Under the pieces are notes generated by a model. That model was not told where the DNA came from, searched no databases, and saw only the letters and a program-made list of their open reading frames with translations. From assembly GCA_015488295.1 (NCBI GenBank), contig WFOC01000121.1, forward strand, positions 7,580 through 71,579: a stretch of 64,000 nucleotides of DNA, in the 5' to 3' direction. The translations under genes and the position numbers were made by a program. Origin of the DNA: Gammaproteobacteria bacterium (GTDB taxonomy: Bacteria > Pseudomonadota > Gammaproteobacteria > SZUA-229). Numbering within the stretch: position 1 is the stretch's first letter; each line of letters begins with the position of its first letter. Of this stretch, positions 1-10,019 are shown one piece after another.

Positions 1-1624
1 CGGACATTTGCTCCATGGCGGAAGATATTTGCTCCAGTGATGCAGCCTGTTCAGATGAGCCCTCTCCTATTTCCTGTGCGGTGCTATTTACTTCCTGTGC
101 CGAGTCAGCATTTAAATCGGTGTTGTTGTGTACTTTTCCGATAACATCTGTCAGGTGTTCGATGGTGCTGTTAACATTGTTTTTAAGCTGATCGAATACA
201 CCGTTATAATCGGTTTCAATTTTCTGTGTCAGGTCGCCCTGTGCTATTGAACGCAGAACTCTGACAACATCATCAATGCCGGCATTGGTTGTTTTTACTA
301 CTTCATTAATGCCTTTTGCCAGCAGTAAATAGAAACCATCTTTGCCGGCTTCGTCAATATGCTGGCTGAAGTCACCGTTTGCGGCGGCTTCAACAATTTT
401 GGAAACTTCGTTTTCTACACTAACTTCAGCGGTGCGGTTCTTCCATTCGACGACAGTGCCAAGGCGTTTACCTGAATCATCAAATACCGGTGTTGCTGCT
501 ATCTGCATAGTAAGTTCACCCACTGGCATGGTTGCAGTGTATGTGTTTTTCAGGTTTTTCAACATGCCCTGCTGGTGTGCAGGGTTCTTGTGAAACTGGT
601 CGATGTTGCTGCCAAGCAGGTTTCTGGAATCGAAGTCAGGTAGCACGTCCTTAATTTTATCCTCGATTTCGTTAAACATTTTCTGTGTTGCATTATTTAT
701 GTAGATGATCTTGTTGTTGGTGTCAGCCATCATTACATTGGTTTCGGCAACATCAAGTGCTGTTCGTACACGATCAGATTCTCTTGCCAGGAATCTTGCG
801 TTATCAACATCGAAGCCCTGTTTTATCTGCATGGATTTTAATGCGCGCATCAGGTCGCCGGCCTCGTCGCTGCGTCTGATATTGATGGCATCATCATATT
901 TTCCTTCTGCCATGTTGTTCATGGTGGCGATGCATTGTCGTATCGGTTTATTTATACAATTGCTGATAAACAGACTGATGATAAGAGCAAGCACGGCAGA
1001 CATGCCGCCACTGAGCAGGAGAAATTTTGTAGTGAAAATATTGCTGCTATCAAATGTCAGTGTGTTTCCATTTGCGCCCAGGTCTATGCCGGCAAAAATG
1101 AAAGCCATAAACATGAAGGTGACGGTAACCACAGGAAACAGCAGTTTTGGTATTAACCGCATGCGTGTAAATATGTTCAGATTAATCAGGCGGCGCAGCA
1201 GTGAAGGTTTGTATGTATCGTTTCGCATGCTGGCATATAAAGCTTCTGCCTCATCTACCTGTGATTTTTCAGGTTTTTTTCGTACTGACATATGGCCTAT
1301 GATTTTGCCGTTTTCACGCACTGGTGTGACATTGGCTTCGACCCAGTAATAATCACCGTTTTTGCAGCGGTTCTTTACCATGCCGACCCATGGCTTGCCT
1401 TTATTTATTGCATCCCATAAACCTTTAAACGCTCTGGCTGGCATGTCCGGGTGGCGAACGATATTATGATCCTGTCCGATAAGTTCATCTTCAGTAAAAC
1501 CACTGATCTCAACGAAATCCTGATTGATGTAGGTTATTTTTCCCTGCAAGTCTGTTTTGGAAACAATTTGCTGACTTTCATCAAAAATTAATTCATTGTC
1601 TGTTATTGGCATATTTAATTTCAT
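1..1624 (-). CDS. Methyl-accepting chemotaxis protein, C-terminus cut by window edge (N-terminal Aer-type PAS, TM hairpin, HAMP, second PAS, HAMP repeats, start of signalling domain)
   Basis: My reverse-strand translation from the ATG at 1624 gives MKLNMPITDNELIFDESQQIVSKTDLQGKITYINQDFVEISGFTEDELIGQDHNIVRHPDMP... and stays open to position 1. It is absent from the ORF track because it runs off the edge. Plus-strand ORFs 342-593 and 705-1349 are its antisense shadows. The DNA is paralogous to 3079..3870. Confidence 0.85.
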   Translation of the reverse strand, partial: MKLNMPITDNELIFDESQQIVSKTDLQGKITYINQDFVEISGFTEDELIGQDHNIVRHPDMPARAFKGLWDAINKGKPWVGMVKNRCKNGDYYWVEANVTPVRENGKIIGHMSVRKKPEKSQVDEAEALYASMRNDTYKPSLLRRLINLNIFTRMRLIPKLLFPVVTVTFMFMAFIFAGIDLGANGNTLTFDSSNIFTTKFLLLSGGMSAVLALIISLFISNCINKPIRQCIATMNNMAEGKYDDAINIRRSDEAGDLMRALKSMQIKQGFDVDNARFLARESDRVRTALDVAETNVMMADTNNKIIYINNATQKMFNEIEDKIKDVLPDFDSRNLLGSNIDQFHKNPAHQQGMLKNLKNTYTATMPVGELTMQIAATPVFDDSGKRLGTVVEWKNRTAEVSVENEVSKIVEAAANGDFSQHIDEAGKDGFYLLLAKGINEVVKTTNAGIDDVVRVLRSIAQGDLTQKIETDYNGVFDQLKNNVNSTIEHLTDVIGKVHNNTDLNADSAQEVNSTAQEIGEGSSEQAASLEQISSAMEQMS

Positions 1625-1714
1625 AATATCTTCTCTATTAAGCTTTTTTATTTGTTTTTTTCTACATCCCTGTTCAGTCGTTATTCTTTTATTTGTGTGT
1701 TTCTTATATGCCTG

Positions 1715-2245
1715 TTATGCGGCTTCTGCCTCATTATTTATGGCACTGTTTTTTTCTACCCTGTTTATCTGCTCCAGGCTAAAGACTTTGTTTATGTCCA
1801 GTACCATGATGAATTGATCACCGACTTTGCCCATATGCTGCACAAAATCATTGTTGATACGTGTGCCGAAAGATGGTGCCGGTTCAAGCTGTTCTTTTTT
1901 CAGGTTAATGACTTCCTGTACGGAGTCGGCTAAGGCACCCAATACGGTTGATGTGCCTTCTATATTTACTTCAATGATAATGATGCAACTGTCGACGGTC
2001 TGTTCAGTGGCGGCCATGCCAAATTGCAGGCGCAGGTCAACAACAGGGACAACGCTGCCACGCAGGTTAATAACACCCCGCATAAAATCCGGTGATCTTG
2101 GTACAGGTGTTATCTGTGTGTACTCCAGAACTTCGCGCACTTTGCTTATCTCGGTAGAAAACGATTCACCATCAAGCTTGAAGGTAAGGTACTGAACTGT
2201 CTCGTCATTCTGTGTGATATCGTTATGCTCTGTTTCATCGTTCAT
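1715..2245 (-). CDS. cheW: CheW coupling protein (accessory chemosensory operon)
   Basis: 176 aa. CheW-like fold signature YLTFKLDGESFSTEISKVREVLEY..ITPVP..P.FMRGVINLRGSVVPVVDLR. Confidence 0.9.
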   Translation of the reverse strand: MNDETEHNDITQNDETVQYLTFKLDGESFSTEISKVREVLEYTQITPVPRSPDFMRGVINLRGSVVPVVDLRLQFGMAATEQTVDSCIIIIEVNIEGTSTVLGALADSVQEVINLKKEQLEPAPSFGTRINNDFVQHMGKVGDQFIMVLDINKVFSLEQINRVEKNSAINNEAEAA

Positions 2246-2314
2246 AGCTATGGTTTTCCCTGTTGTACTTTTTATCCAGTGGTTTTGTGTATATTCAAGC
2301 CGTTATTCTGCGAC

Positions 2315-5104
2315 CTAGTATTTAACAAAAGCACTGTTCTCATAATTATCATCAATGTCGTAATCAAAACCTTCTGTATCGTTTGATGTTTTTCTGTGTT
2401 TGTCTTCGATGTCGATTACCTGGCTATGTGTTGTGCCGGATGATTCATTGTTTCTGTGCTCAACTTTGCCTGTTGTACTGCTTCTGTTTTTTGATGCTGA
2501 ATTTTCTGCCAGCACGAAGAAGCTCATGTTCTCGCGTTGTTCTTCTGCCTGGCTGGTAAGCTGGCTTGCTGATGTTACGAGTCCTTCGGCAGATGATGCG
2601 GAGCGTTGTACAGTCTGGTCGAGTTGCTGGATAGCCTTGTTGATTTCATCGGCACCTATATCCTGTTCACGTGAGGCAACGCTGATTTCCTGTACCAGTT
2701 CTGCCGTTTTCTGGATGTCTGGCACCAGCTGCAATAATCTGGTACCTGCCTGTTCAGCGATGACTACAGTAGAGCCGGAAAGGTCGCCAATTTCGCCGGC
2801 TGCTTTCTGACTGCGTTCGGCCAGTTTTCGAACTTCGGCAGCAACCACTGCAAAGCCCTTGCCGTGTTCACCGGCACGTGCAGCTTCAATAGCAGCGTTT
2901 AATGCCAGCAAGTTTGTCTGTCGTGCAATCTCTTCAATGATGGAAATTTTTTCAGCGATAGCTTTCATGGCGACTACGGCTTCACTTACGGTCTGTCCGC
3001 TTTCTTTGGCATCGCTGGCTGCTTTCTGTGCGATTTGTTCAGTCTGACCGGCGTTGTCAGCACTTTGACGAATGTTGGCAGACATCTGTTCCATTGAAGA
3101 TGAAATTTCCTCTAGCGATGCGGCCTGTTTTGATGAGCCCTCACCAAGTTGCTGTGCGGTGTTGTTTACTTCCAGTGCTGATTCAGCACTGAGGTCGGTG
3201 TTGTTGCGAACTTTTTCAATAACATCGGTCAGACGTTCGATAGTGATATTGACATCATTTTTAAGCTGATCAAAAACACCGTTATAATCGTCTTCAATTT
3301 TCTGTGTCAGATTGCCCTGTGCCAGTGAACGCATCACGCGTACCACATCTTCAATGCCGGTGCTGGTTGTTTGCAGTACCTGGTTGATGCCTTTTGCCAG
3401 AACCAGAGAGAAGCCCTGTTTGCCATTTTCATCAATGTTTTTGCTGAAATCTCCGTTAGCTGCTGCTTCGACAATATGTGCAACTTCATTTTCAATTTCG
3501 ATGTCAGTGGTTCTGTCACTCCACTGCACGACAGTGCCCTGGCGCTCACCATTCTCGGCGAATACCGGTGTTGCGGTAATCTCCATGGTTAGCTCACCCA
3601 TAGGCATGGTCATCGTCTGTGTACTGCTGAGTTTGTCCAGTGAATCCTGATTCAGTAGCAGGTGGTTGATGTTGGTATTTATCAGGTTGCTGGAGTCAAA
3701 ATCAGGAATTACCTGTTTCAGCTTGCCTTCAATGCTGTTAAACATCTCCTGCAATGCTTCATTTATATAGATAATTTTATTGCTGGCATCAGCTACCATC
3801 ATGTTGACCGATGCCACATCCAGTGCCGTTTTGATGCGGCCACTCTCTTCTGCCATGTTGCGTATTTTGGTCCGGTTACTATCAAGGCGCGTCTGAAGTT
3901 TCTTCAGTTCGCCCATTAATATGCCAAGCTCGTCCTTGCTGCGAATATCGATAACACTGTCGAAATTACCGTCACCGATCTGGTTAAACACTTCAATGAT
4001 TTTGTTGATTGGATTGACGATACCTGTTACCACCACGAATGCTGCAAAGATGGCAATAATGACAATCAGTAATGACAGACCGATTTGCAGGTACATTGTT
4101 GTTTTGTTCGCTTTTATCCTGTCATTAAGCAGTGCCAGGAGTTCAGTTGCAGCACTGTCAAACAGATGTGTTGTTGCGTCAATGGCGTTGCTGCCGGCGG
4201 TAAATAATTCTGATGGTTCCATTTCAAGAATGCCGCCTGATTCGAGCAGACCTTTTTCCACAGTGTCTAAAAATGTCTGGCTGGCAGATATATAGTTATG
4301 CAAAGCTTCTGATAACTTTGATGATAATTCAGGGTTGTGACTAATGGCCACTTCAATGCTGCGGGTGGTGGTTTCCAGTTGTTCTTTTAATATTCCAGCT
4401 TCAATTTTGAAGTCGAGCATCTGTTCGGGTGTAATGCTTCCTGTTGCCAGAATACCTGAACCTTTACCTCGCAGGATTCCAAGTTTATCCAGCAAGGCAG
4501 GAATGCGGATGACAATTGCATCCATCAGGTAATAACTGTCCAGCTCAGGATCAAGAATGAGATTACTGGTATCACCAACGTGCATGATCATATCGTTAAT
4601 GTTTTTAACCAGTTCACTGTGTCGCCTGAAACTTTCAGCGGCAGTCATGTTTTCTGAAACTGTTGAAAACTTTTTCCAGTCTGTTTTAAATGTCTGCCAT
4701 AATTTATCCATGTCCAGCATCTCACCGAGGCGGCTATGGGTGTTTTCAACGACCTTGATTGCTTCATCGATCTGTTTACGCTTTTCTATCAGCTTTTGTC
4801 GAAATGACTTGTCACCGTTCAGCAGGCTGTTCGTCATGCCACGGTGTTGCGCTATGTTTACCACCAGACGTTCTAGTGGTCGTACGTATTCGACACCATA
4901 AGTTTCCATGGTGTCGTTGGTAATAGTCTCATTCAATTCAATAAACAGTATGCTCATCAGCCCTACAATAGGGACTATCAGCGCAGCGATAACAATGCCA
5001 AGCTTGTATGAAAGCTTCATGTTGTTGAGTATGTTTATACGTTGTGTCCAGAAAGTTACGGATTTGTTCGACTGGTTTTTTGATGCATGGTTACTTGTTG
5101 TCAT
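2315..5104 (-). CDS. Methyl-accepting chemotaxis protein, 929 aa (large helical periplasmic sensor between two TM segments, HAMP, PAS, HAMP repeats, MA domain)
   Basis: Highly conserved MCP hairpin tip [41 protein letters not shown]. Two hydrophobic segments flank a roughly 300-aa helical region ([24 protein letters not shown]). Confidence 0.9.
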   Translation of the reverse strand: MTTSNHASKNQSNKSVTFWTQRINILNNMKLSYKLGIVIAALIVPIVGLMSILFIELNETITNDTMETYGVEYVRPLERLVVNIAQHRGMTNSLLNGDKSFRQKLIEKRKQIDEAIKVVENTHSRLGEMLDMDKLWQTFKTDWKKFSTVSENMTAAESFRRHSELVKNINDMIMHVGDTSNLILDPELDSYYLMDAIVIRIPALLDKLGILRGKGSGILATGSITPEQMLDFKIEAGILKEQLETTTRSIEVAISHNPELSSKLSEALHNYISASQTFLDTVEKGLLESGGILEMEPSELFTAGSNAIDATTHLFDSAATELLALLNDRIKANKTTMYLQIGLSLLIVIIAIFAAFVVVTGIVNPINKIIEVFNQIGDGNFDSVIDIRSKDELGILMGELKKLQTRLDSNRTKIRNMAEESGRIKTALDVASVNMMVADASNKIIYINEALQEMFNSIEGKLKQVIPDFDSSNLINTNINHLLLNQDSLDKLSSTQTMTMPMGELTMEITATPVFAENGERQGTVVQWSDRTTDIEIENEVAHIVEAAANGDFSKNIDENGKQGFSLVLAKGINQVLQTTSTGIEDVVRVMRSLAQGNLTQKIEDDYNGVFDQLKNDVNITIERLTDVIEKVRNNTDLSAESALEVNNTAQQLGEGSSKQAASLEEISSSMEQMSANIRQSADNAGQTEQIAQKAASDAKESGQTVSEAVVAMKAIAEKISIIEEIARQTNLLALNAAIEAARAGEHGKGFAVVAAEVRKLAERSQKAAGEIGDLSGSTVVIAEQAGTRLLQLVPDIQKTAELVQEISVASREQDIGADEINKAIQQLDQTVQRSASSAEGLVTSASQLTSQAEEQRENMSFFVLAENSASKNRSSTTGKVEHRNNESSGTTHSQVIDIEDKHRKTSNDTEGFDYDIDDNYENSAFVKY

Positions 5105-5143
5105 AGCTTTTTATATTTAGTTTATTTTTTTGGGGTTAATTAT

Positions 5144-7255
5144 TTAGTGAAATGCTTTTTGGGCGGTGGATGCATCCTGAATCAATACATTTGTATCCAG
5201 AATTAATGCGACGTTACCATCCCCTAGAATGGTTGCACCGGCAAGCCCTTTGACTCCTTCGTATACTTTTCCAAGACCTTTTATAACGGTCTGATGTTGG
5301 CCAATTACCTGGTCAACGGTAAATCCAAAACGTGCATCGCCATTTCGAATGACGACGATTTGTTCTATATCCAAGGCGTTTTCATTGTTGTTAAAACATT
5401 CACGCAGGCGCAGGTATGGCACCAGCTCACCGCGGACTTCAATCAATTTATTGCCGTTGGCACTCTTGACTTCTTCTGCGGTGAGTTCGATGCACTCATC
5501 AACCTGTGATAACGGGATAACGTATTTATCGTGCTCAACCTGAACCAGCAGGCCTTCGATAATGGCCAGGGTCAGTGGCAGTTTGATGGTGACGGTGCTG
5601 CCATTACCGGGGATGCTGTCGATGCTTACTGTGCCGCGTAGTTCTTCGATGGAACGCTTCACCACGTCCATGCCGACACCGCGACCGGAGACACTGGAAA
5701 CAACTTTTGCTGTTGAGAATCCGGCATCGAATATCAGGTTGTATAGTTCCTGGTCGGTGGGTTTTGAGTCTTCACTCAGTACACCACGTTCGATGGCTTT
5801 GCTGCGTATTGCTTCTGCATCGAGGCCGGCACCATCATCCTTGATAGTGATAACGACGTGTGATTCACGGTGCACGGCCGAGATAAGCACGGTGCCTTTT
5901 TCGGGTTTGCCGGCAGCTTTACGTTGCTCTGGCATTTCAATGCCATGGTCGATGCTGTTTCGAATAAGGTGAACCAGCGGATCGCCGAGTCGGTCGATGA
6001 CTGTTTTATCCAGTTCGGTTTCTGCACCTTCAGTGACCAGGTCGATTTTTTTACCCAGGTCGTTGGAAAGGTCGCGTACCAGGCGGCGAAACCGTGAGAA
6101 TGTGGTGCCGATGGATAACATGCGCAGCCCCAGCGTGTTATCTCTCAGTTCTGTGGTCAAACGTTCGATGTCTTCAGCGATGCTGAACAGTGACGGGTCG
6201 CGTAGTTGTGTGGCGGACTGGTTAAGTCTGGCCTGGGCGATAACCAGCTCGCCGACAAGGTCCATCAAGATGTCGAGTTTTTCTGCAGGTACTTTTACGT
6301 TGGAAACGCCTTCACTTGCTTTGCGTTTTTTATGTTGTTTGCGCAGCACTTTTTGTTCATCGAGTGCGGACTGAATTTTTTCAGGGGCGATGTTTTCAGA
6401 GTCGGCTAATATTTCACCGATTTTTTTCTGTTGTGCGTGTGCGTGTGCAATCTGCTCTTCTGTGGCATCGCCCTTTTCAACCAGAATTTCTCCCAGGGGT
6501 TTGTCTTCTGGTGTGTCAGACCAGTGACCGCTCTGGTCAACGACTTTTATGTCTATTTCCCAGTCATCTTCAACAAAAATAAATACATCATTTAGTGCAT
6601 TGATACCCTGATCGGTGGTGAGGATAAGATCCCATGTCAGGTAACATTTTTCTGGATCAGCCTCTTTCAGTGTTGGTAAATCACAGGCGATGGTTGTGAT
6701 ATGGCACGGACCCAGGGAACGTATCTCACGCAGGATAGGCAAAACATCCATGCCGTTGGCAAATGAATCCAGCCCCGGATTAATACGAACGCGGTATGTC
6801 TGGGTGTTGTCGCTACTGCTGTTACCGGCTGATTTTTTTTCACTGTTAGCTTCACCAGTGTTTGCTCCGCTGTCCTGATCATCCGTATTCGGAACCAGGG
6901 AGCTTAATCGTGCCAGCAATTCATCTGAAGCCTGATCCAGCTCTTCGTTGGATTCTTTTTCTTCCAGCAGCAGCCGAATGTGATCGCCTGAATCCAGGCT
7001 GATGCTGATTAATTCTTTGGTTATTTGCAGGTCGCCGTTTCTTACCAGGTCAAAGGCATTTTCCAGGTGGTGCGTAAACGCTGCCAGCTTTTCAAAGCCA
7101 AACATTGAGCCCGAACCTTTAATGGTATGCATGGCCCGAAAAGCGCGATCTACGCAATCAGAATCATCAGGCTGTTCCTCTAGCTCCAGCATGGCAGCTT
7201 CAAGGTCGATTAATAATTCATCAGCCTCTTCACGAAAAGTGTCTTCTATGCTCAT
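5144..7255 (-). CDS. cheA: CheA histidine kinase (accessory system; P1 Hpt, P2-like, P3, P4 ATPase, P5 CheW-like)
   Basis: 703 aa. Hpt motif RAFRAMHTIKGSGSMFGF, HLIRNSIDHGIE (N box), DDGAGLD, GRGVGMDVV, C-terminal CheW-like domain. Confidence 0.9.
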   Translation of the reverse strand: MSIEDTFREEADELLIDLEAAMLELEEQPDDSDCVDRAFRAMHTIKGSGSMFGFEKLAAFTHHLENAFDLVRNGDLQITKELISISLDSGDHIRLLLEEKESNEELDQASDELLARLSSLVPNTDDQDSGANTGEANSEKKSAGNSSSDNTQTYRVRINPGLDSFANGMDVLPILREIRSLGPCHITTIACDLPTLKEADPEKCYLTWDLILTTDQGINALNDVFIFVEDDWEIDIKVVDQSGHWSDTPEDKPLGEILVEKGDATEEQIAHAHAQQKKIGEILADSENIAPEKIQSALDEQKVLRKQHKKRKASEGVSNVKVPAEKLDILMDLVGELVIAQARLNQSATQLRDPSLFSIAEDIERLTTELRDNTLGLRMLSIGTTFSRFRRLVRDLSNDLGKKIDLVTEGAETELDKTVIDRLGDPLVHLIRNSIDHGIEMPEQRKAAGKPEKGTVLISAVHRESHVVITIKDDGAGLDAEAIRSKAIERGVLSEDSKPTDQELYNLIFDAGFSTAKVVSSVSGRGVGMDVVKRSIEELRGTVSIDSIPGNGSTVTIKLPLTLAIIEGLLVQVEHDKYVIPLSQVDECIELTAEEVKSANGNKLIEVRGELVPYLRLRECFNNNENALDIEQIVVIRNGDARFGFTVDQVIGQHQTVIKGLGKVYEGVKGLAGATILGDGNVALILDTNVLIQDASTAQKAFH

Positions 7256-7569
7256 GCCTCTGCTCCTTTTGTACTGAAGGTCATATGTGTCATCAGTCGA
7301 CTGGTTTCGAGTGCATCTTTGGCTGCATCGCTGCTGGCGATAATATTTATTTCGTTACCATTGTCTGATAATTGTTTGGACATGGCTGCCAGCAATTGTA
7401 AGCCGCAGGTGTCTATTTCCTCGATGCCGGCAAGATCAACTTCAAGTGACTGTTCTGAGGAAAAGTTTTCGACCAGATACTCTTTGTATTCGGCTGCGGT
7501 ATAGATGGTTAATTCTCCATCGATACTAAGCAGAGATTTTTCATTTTCCGTGACCATTTTTATTGCCAT
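7252..7569 (-). CDS. STAS-domain protein (anti-sigma-factor-antagonist fold), translationally coupled to cheA
   Basis: 105 aa. Pattern LSIDGELTIYTAAEYKEYL...LEVDLAGIEEIDTCGLQLL matches SpoIIAA/RsbV-type STAS (D-L-x-G-x-x-x-I-D-S/T-x-G-L). Its TGA overlaps the cheA ATG as ATGA (7252-7255). Confidence 0.7.
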   Translation of the reverse strand: MAIKMVTENEKSLLSIDGELTIYTAAEYKEYLVENFSSEQSLEVDLAGIEEIDTCGLQLLAAMSKQLSDNGNEINIIASSDAAKDALETSRLMTHMTFSTKGAEA

Positions 7570-7632
7570 TTTTTTGCCTGCACTTTTATGTTTTGGTTTG
7601 CTGATTTAATCCGCTTGTCTAATGGTGGTTTT

Positions 7633-7995
7633 TTAAGCCAGCTTTGCAACGGCGGAAAGTAATGCGTTAGGTTGAAACGGTTTTACCAGCCAGCCTTTTG
7701 CGCCGGCAGATTTTCCTTCCTGTTTTTTTGCTTCACCTGATTCAGTAGTGAGCATCATGATCGGTGTGAATTTATACTGAGGATGCTGTTTCACTTCTTT
7801 TACCAGGCCAATGCCATCAAGATTAGGCATGTTGACATCGCTTACGATCAGGTGGATTTTCTGACCGGTTAATTTTGAAAGTGCATCTTTGCCATCGCAG
7901 GCTTCGATGACTTCATAACCGGCACCTTTAAGTGCGATGCTTATGACCTGTCGGATTGATGAAGAGTCATCGACTACCATAATTGTTTTTGACAT
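7633..7995 (-). CDS. cheY: CheY-like single-domain response regulator
   Basis: 120 aa. VVDDSSSIR, SDVNMPNLDG, K near C-terminus (WLVKPF). Confidence 0.85.
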   Translation of the reverse strand: MSKTIMVVDDSSSIRQVISIALKGAGYEVIEACDGKDALSKLTGQKIHLIVSDVNMPNLDGIGLVKEVKQHPQYKFTPIMMLTTESGEAKKQEGKSAGAKGWLVKPFQPNALLSAVAKLA

Positions 7996-8008
7996 GTCTT
8001 TATTTCCT

Positions 8009-9271
8009 CTAAAAAAGTGTTAAGTCTGTTTCTGCAGTGTCAGGTCCGTTATGTACCTTTGAATTATTGTGCATATAATGTTGTTCTTCCGTGGTGTAGC
8101 TATCTTTCATTTTTTGTACCTGTTCCTCAAAATTTACTGGTGAAAGTTTTTTGTTGTCCATGCGTTGTGACTGGCTGCTGTTGACGTTTTCGACCATGGT
8201 GTTCATGTCGTTGAGAACTTTGTTGAGAATTTGAGACACGCGATCCTGGAACTGAAAACTCACCAGAACATTTGATATCTGGTCTCTGATGTCTTCACTG
8301 GAAGAACGTAAAGATGAGCTGTCATCCTGCAGGGTTTCGATGGTGTCCTGTAGTCGTGCAAATACGGAATCAATGGTAGTTTTCCCATCATCGACAACAG
8401 TGCGGTTATGGTGGATTGAATCTTCTGCCTGTTTTTGTGTGTCATTAACGGCTTCAACAATGTTGGTGACTTTTTCAATCATCTTCTGACCGGTGTCAGC
8501 CGACATTGATGCCAGTTTTCTTACTTCATCGGCAACCACGGCAAAACCTCGACCATGCTCACCGGCACGAGCGGCTTCGATGGCTGCATTTAATGCCAGC
8601 AGGTTAATCTGGTCAGCAATCTGGCCAACAGCACCCGCCATCTCGTTTAATTCGCTGGTCTGTGCAGACAGCCCCTGAACTTCGCTGAGTAAACGGTCTT
8701 CCAGGCTGAGGGATGATTCAAGTGAATCCACCACTGTTTTCAGTGATTTTTCACTTTCGTTAAACAGGTTGATTATTCCCTGACCATCACCCAGATTGTT
8801 GCTTTTTGACTGTGATGCAGAGATAACATCTTCGAGTTGTGAAGCGAGTGCAGAAAAGCCGCCGGACAATTCATTAATGCTTTGTTCGGTTTGAATATTC
8901 GAGCTTTCAATCTGTCGTGAAAGTATCGGCAGCATCTGCTGGCAAAGGCTTTCCAATGCCCAGGTGTATTCCTGGTATTGCAGTATTTCTTTTGCGTGCT
9001 GTGTGTCTTCATTTTGTCTGGCATTACTGTCCAGCTTATTGATGAAAACAGCAGAGGCGACACCGGCAATTAAAAAGCCTGCGCCAACACTCATAAGAAC
9101 CGTATCACCGGTAAAAAACAATGCAATGGCCGCACCGACACCGAGTAGCACTGTCATGACCTGTGCGACCATGATGCTATCCAGTCCCGAAGTGGAAGGC
9201 ATGTTATCAGCACGACTGGTTACGTGTTCTGAAATGCCATTATCTAATATTGCTTCACCTAAACAACTCAT
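8009..9271 (-). CDS. Methyl-accepting chemotaxis protein, 420 aa, membrane hairpin with no periplasmic sensor or obvious HAMP
   Basis: [34 protein letters not shown] tip. The N-terminus has two adjacent hydrophobic helices. Confidence 0.85.
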   Translation of the reverse strand: MSCLGEAILDNGISEHVTSRADNMPSTSGLDSIMVAQVMTVLLGVGAAIALFFTGDTVLMSVGAGFLIAGVASAVFINKLDSNARQNEDTQHAKEILQYQEYTWALESLCQQMLPILSRQIESSNIQTEQSINELSGGFSALASQLEDVISASQSKSNNLGDGQGIINLFNESEKSLKTVVDSLESSLSLEDRLLSEVQGLSAQTSELNEMAGAVGQIADQINLLALNAAIEAARAGEHGRGFAVVADEVRKLASMSADTGQKMIEKVTNIVEAVNDTQKQAEDSIHHNRTVVDDGKTTIDSVFARLQDTIETLQDDSSSLRSSSEDIRDQISNVLVSFQFQDRVSQILNKVLNDMNTMVENVNSSQSQRMDNKKLSPVNFEEQVQKMKDSYTTEEQHYMHNNSKVHNGPDTAETDLTLF

Positions 9272-9289
9272 ATTATTCCCCGTATATAT

Positions 9290-9580
9290 TTATTCAATAA
9301 TTTTTGCGGTTGCATACAACAATGTAAATGCTGTGATAACAACAGCAGCAGATAACATGATGGCAACAATGTCTGGTAGCAGATCTATTTCAATGCCGAA
9401 GAACAATAAGACACTGACAAAGGATAAAACGAATAATGAAAACACAGAGTACAGAACATATAATCCCGCGACTGTATTAAGGTTTAACGATGTCGTATTA
9501 TTGAAAAAAAGGGCATCATCGATGTTTCTTTCATTGAACGCAAAGATGTCTCTGTTCATTCTTTTTTCATTTTTTTTCAT
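9290..9580 (-). CDS. Small membrane protein (96 aa, two predicted TM helices), first gene of the accessory che operon
   Basis: ATG preceded by GAGGAT 6 nt upstream. Hydrophobic stretches GLYVLYSVFSLFVLSFVSVLLFFGI and IVAIMLSAAVVITAFTLLY. I recognise no family. Confidence 0.45.
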   Translation of the reverse strand: MKKNEKRMNRDIFAFNERNIDDALFFNNTTSLNLNTVAGLYVLYSVFSLFVLSFVSVLLFFGIEIDLLPDIVAIMLSAAVVITAFTLLYATAKIIE

Positions 9581-9624
9581 GTTTTATCCTCATTTTTTAG
9601 AACTGTTTATTTGTTCTGCTTTAT

Positions 9625-9651
9625 ATATCGGTATCGCCTTTTGAATCTTTA
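9625..9651 (-). promoter_or_regulatory. Sigma28 (FliA)-type promoter upstream of the accessory che operon
   Basis: Minus-strand reading TAAAGATT-N11-ACCGATAT versus consensus TAAAGTTT-N11-GCCGATAA. It lies about 45 nt upstream of the ORF start at 9580. Confidence 0.6.
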
Positions 9652-9736
9652 AGCTAATCTGGATATATTCTTTAAAATACTGATTTATTAAGCTTTCAGA
9701 AAAATGTCAAAAAATTGTCTGCGCTAGTGCTTTGAA

Positions 9737-9752
9737 TGCAATCTACGTGCCA
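9737..9752 (-). promoter_or_regulatory. Sigma54 (RpoN) -24/-12 promoter, in tandem upstream of the sigma28 promoter
   Basis: Minus-strand reading TGGCACGTAGATTGCA is a perfect TGGCAC-N5-TTGCA. Confidence 0.6.
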
Positions 9753-10019
9753 GATAGGCTGTGCCTGTGATGTGTTTTTGTTGCTTTCTCCGGAAGCCGG
9801 AGTTAGTCAGGTAAAATGGACTTTATACTGTAAATAATGTGATTTATCTGCGATGGGATGAAGCAGGGAAAGCATGAAATACGGCAAAATGTTGCCGCTT
9901 TTTCCGGCGGGATGTGAGGGTGAACTGACAGGAGCAGATCAGGCTGAACCAGCCTGTTTGTTGCCTGAAAAAAGCAGTGTAATGCCCGCCCAGGTGATAG
10001 CTAATAACTCGTTTTGTAG

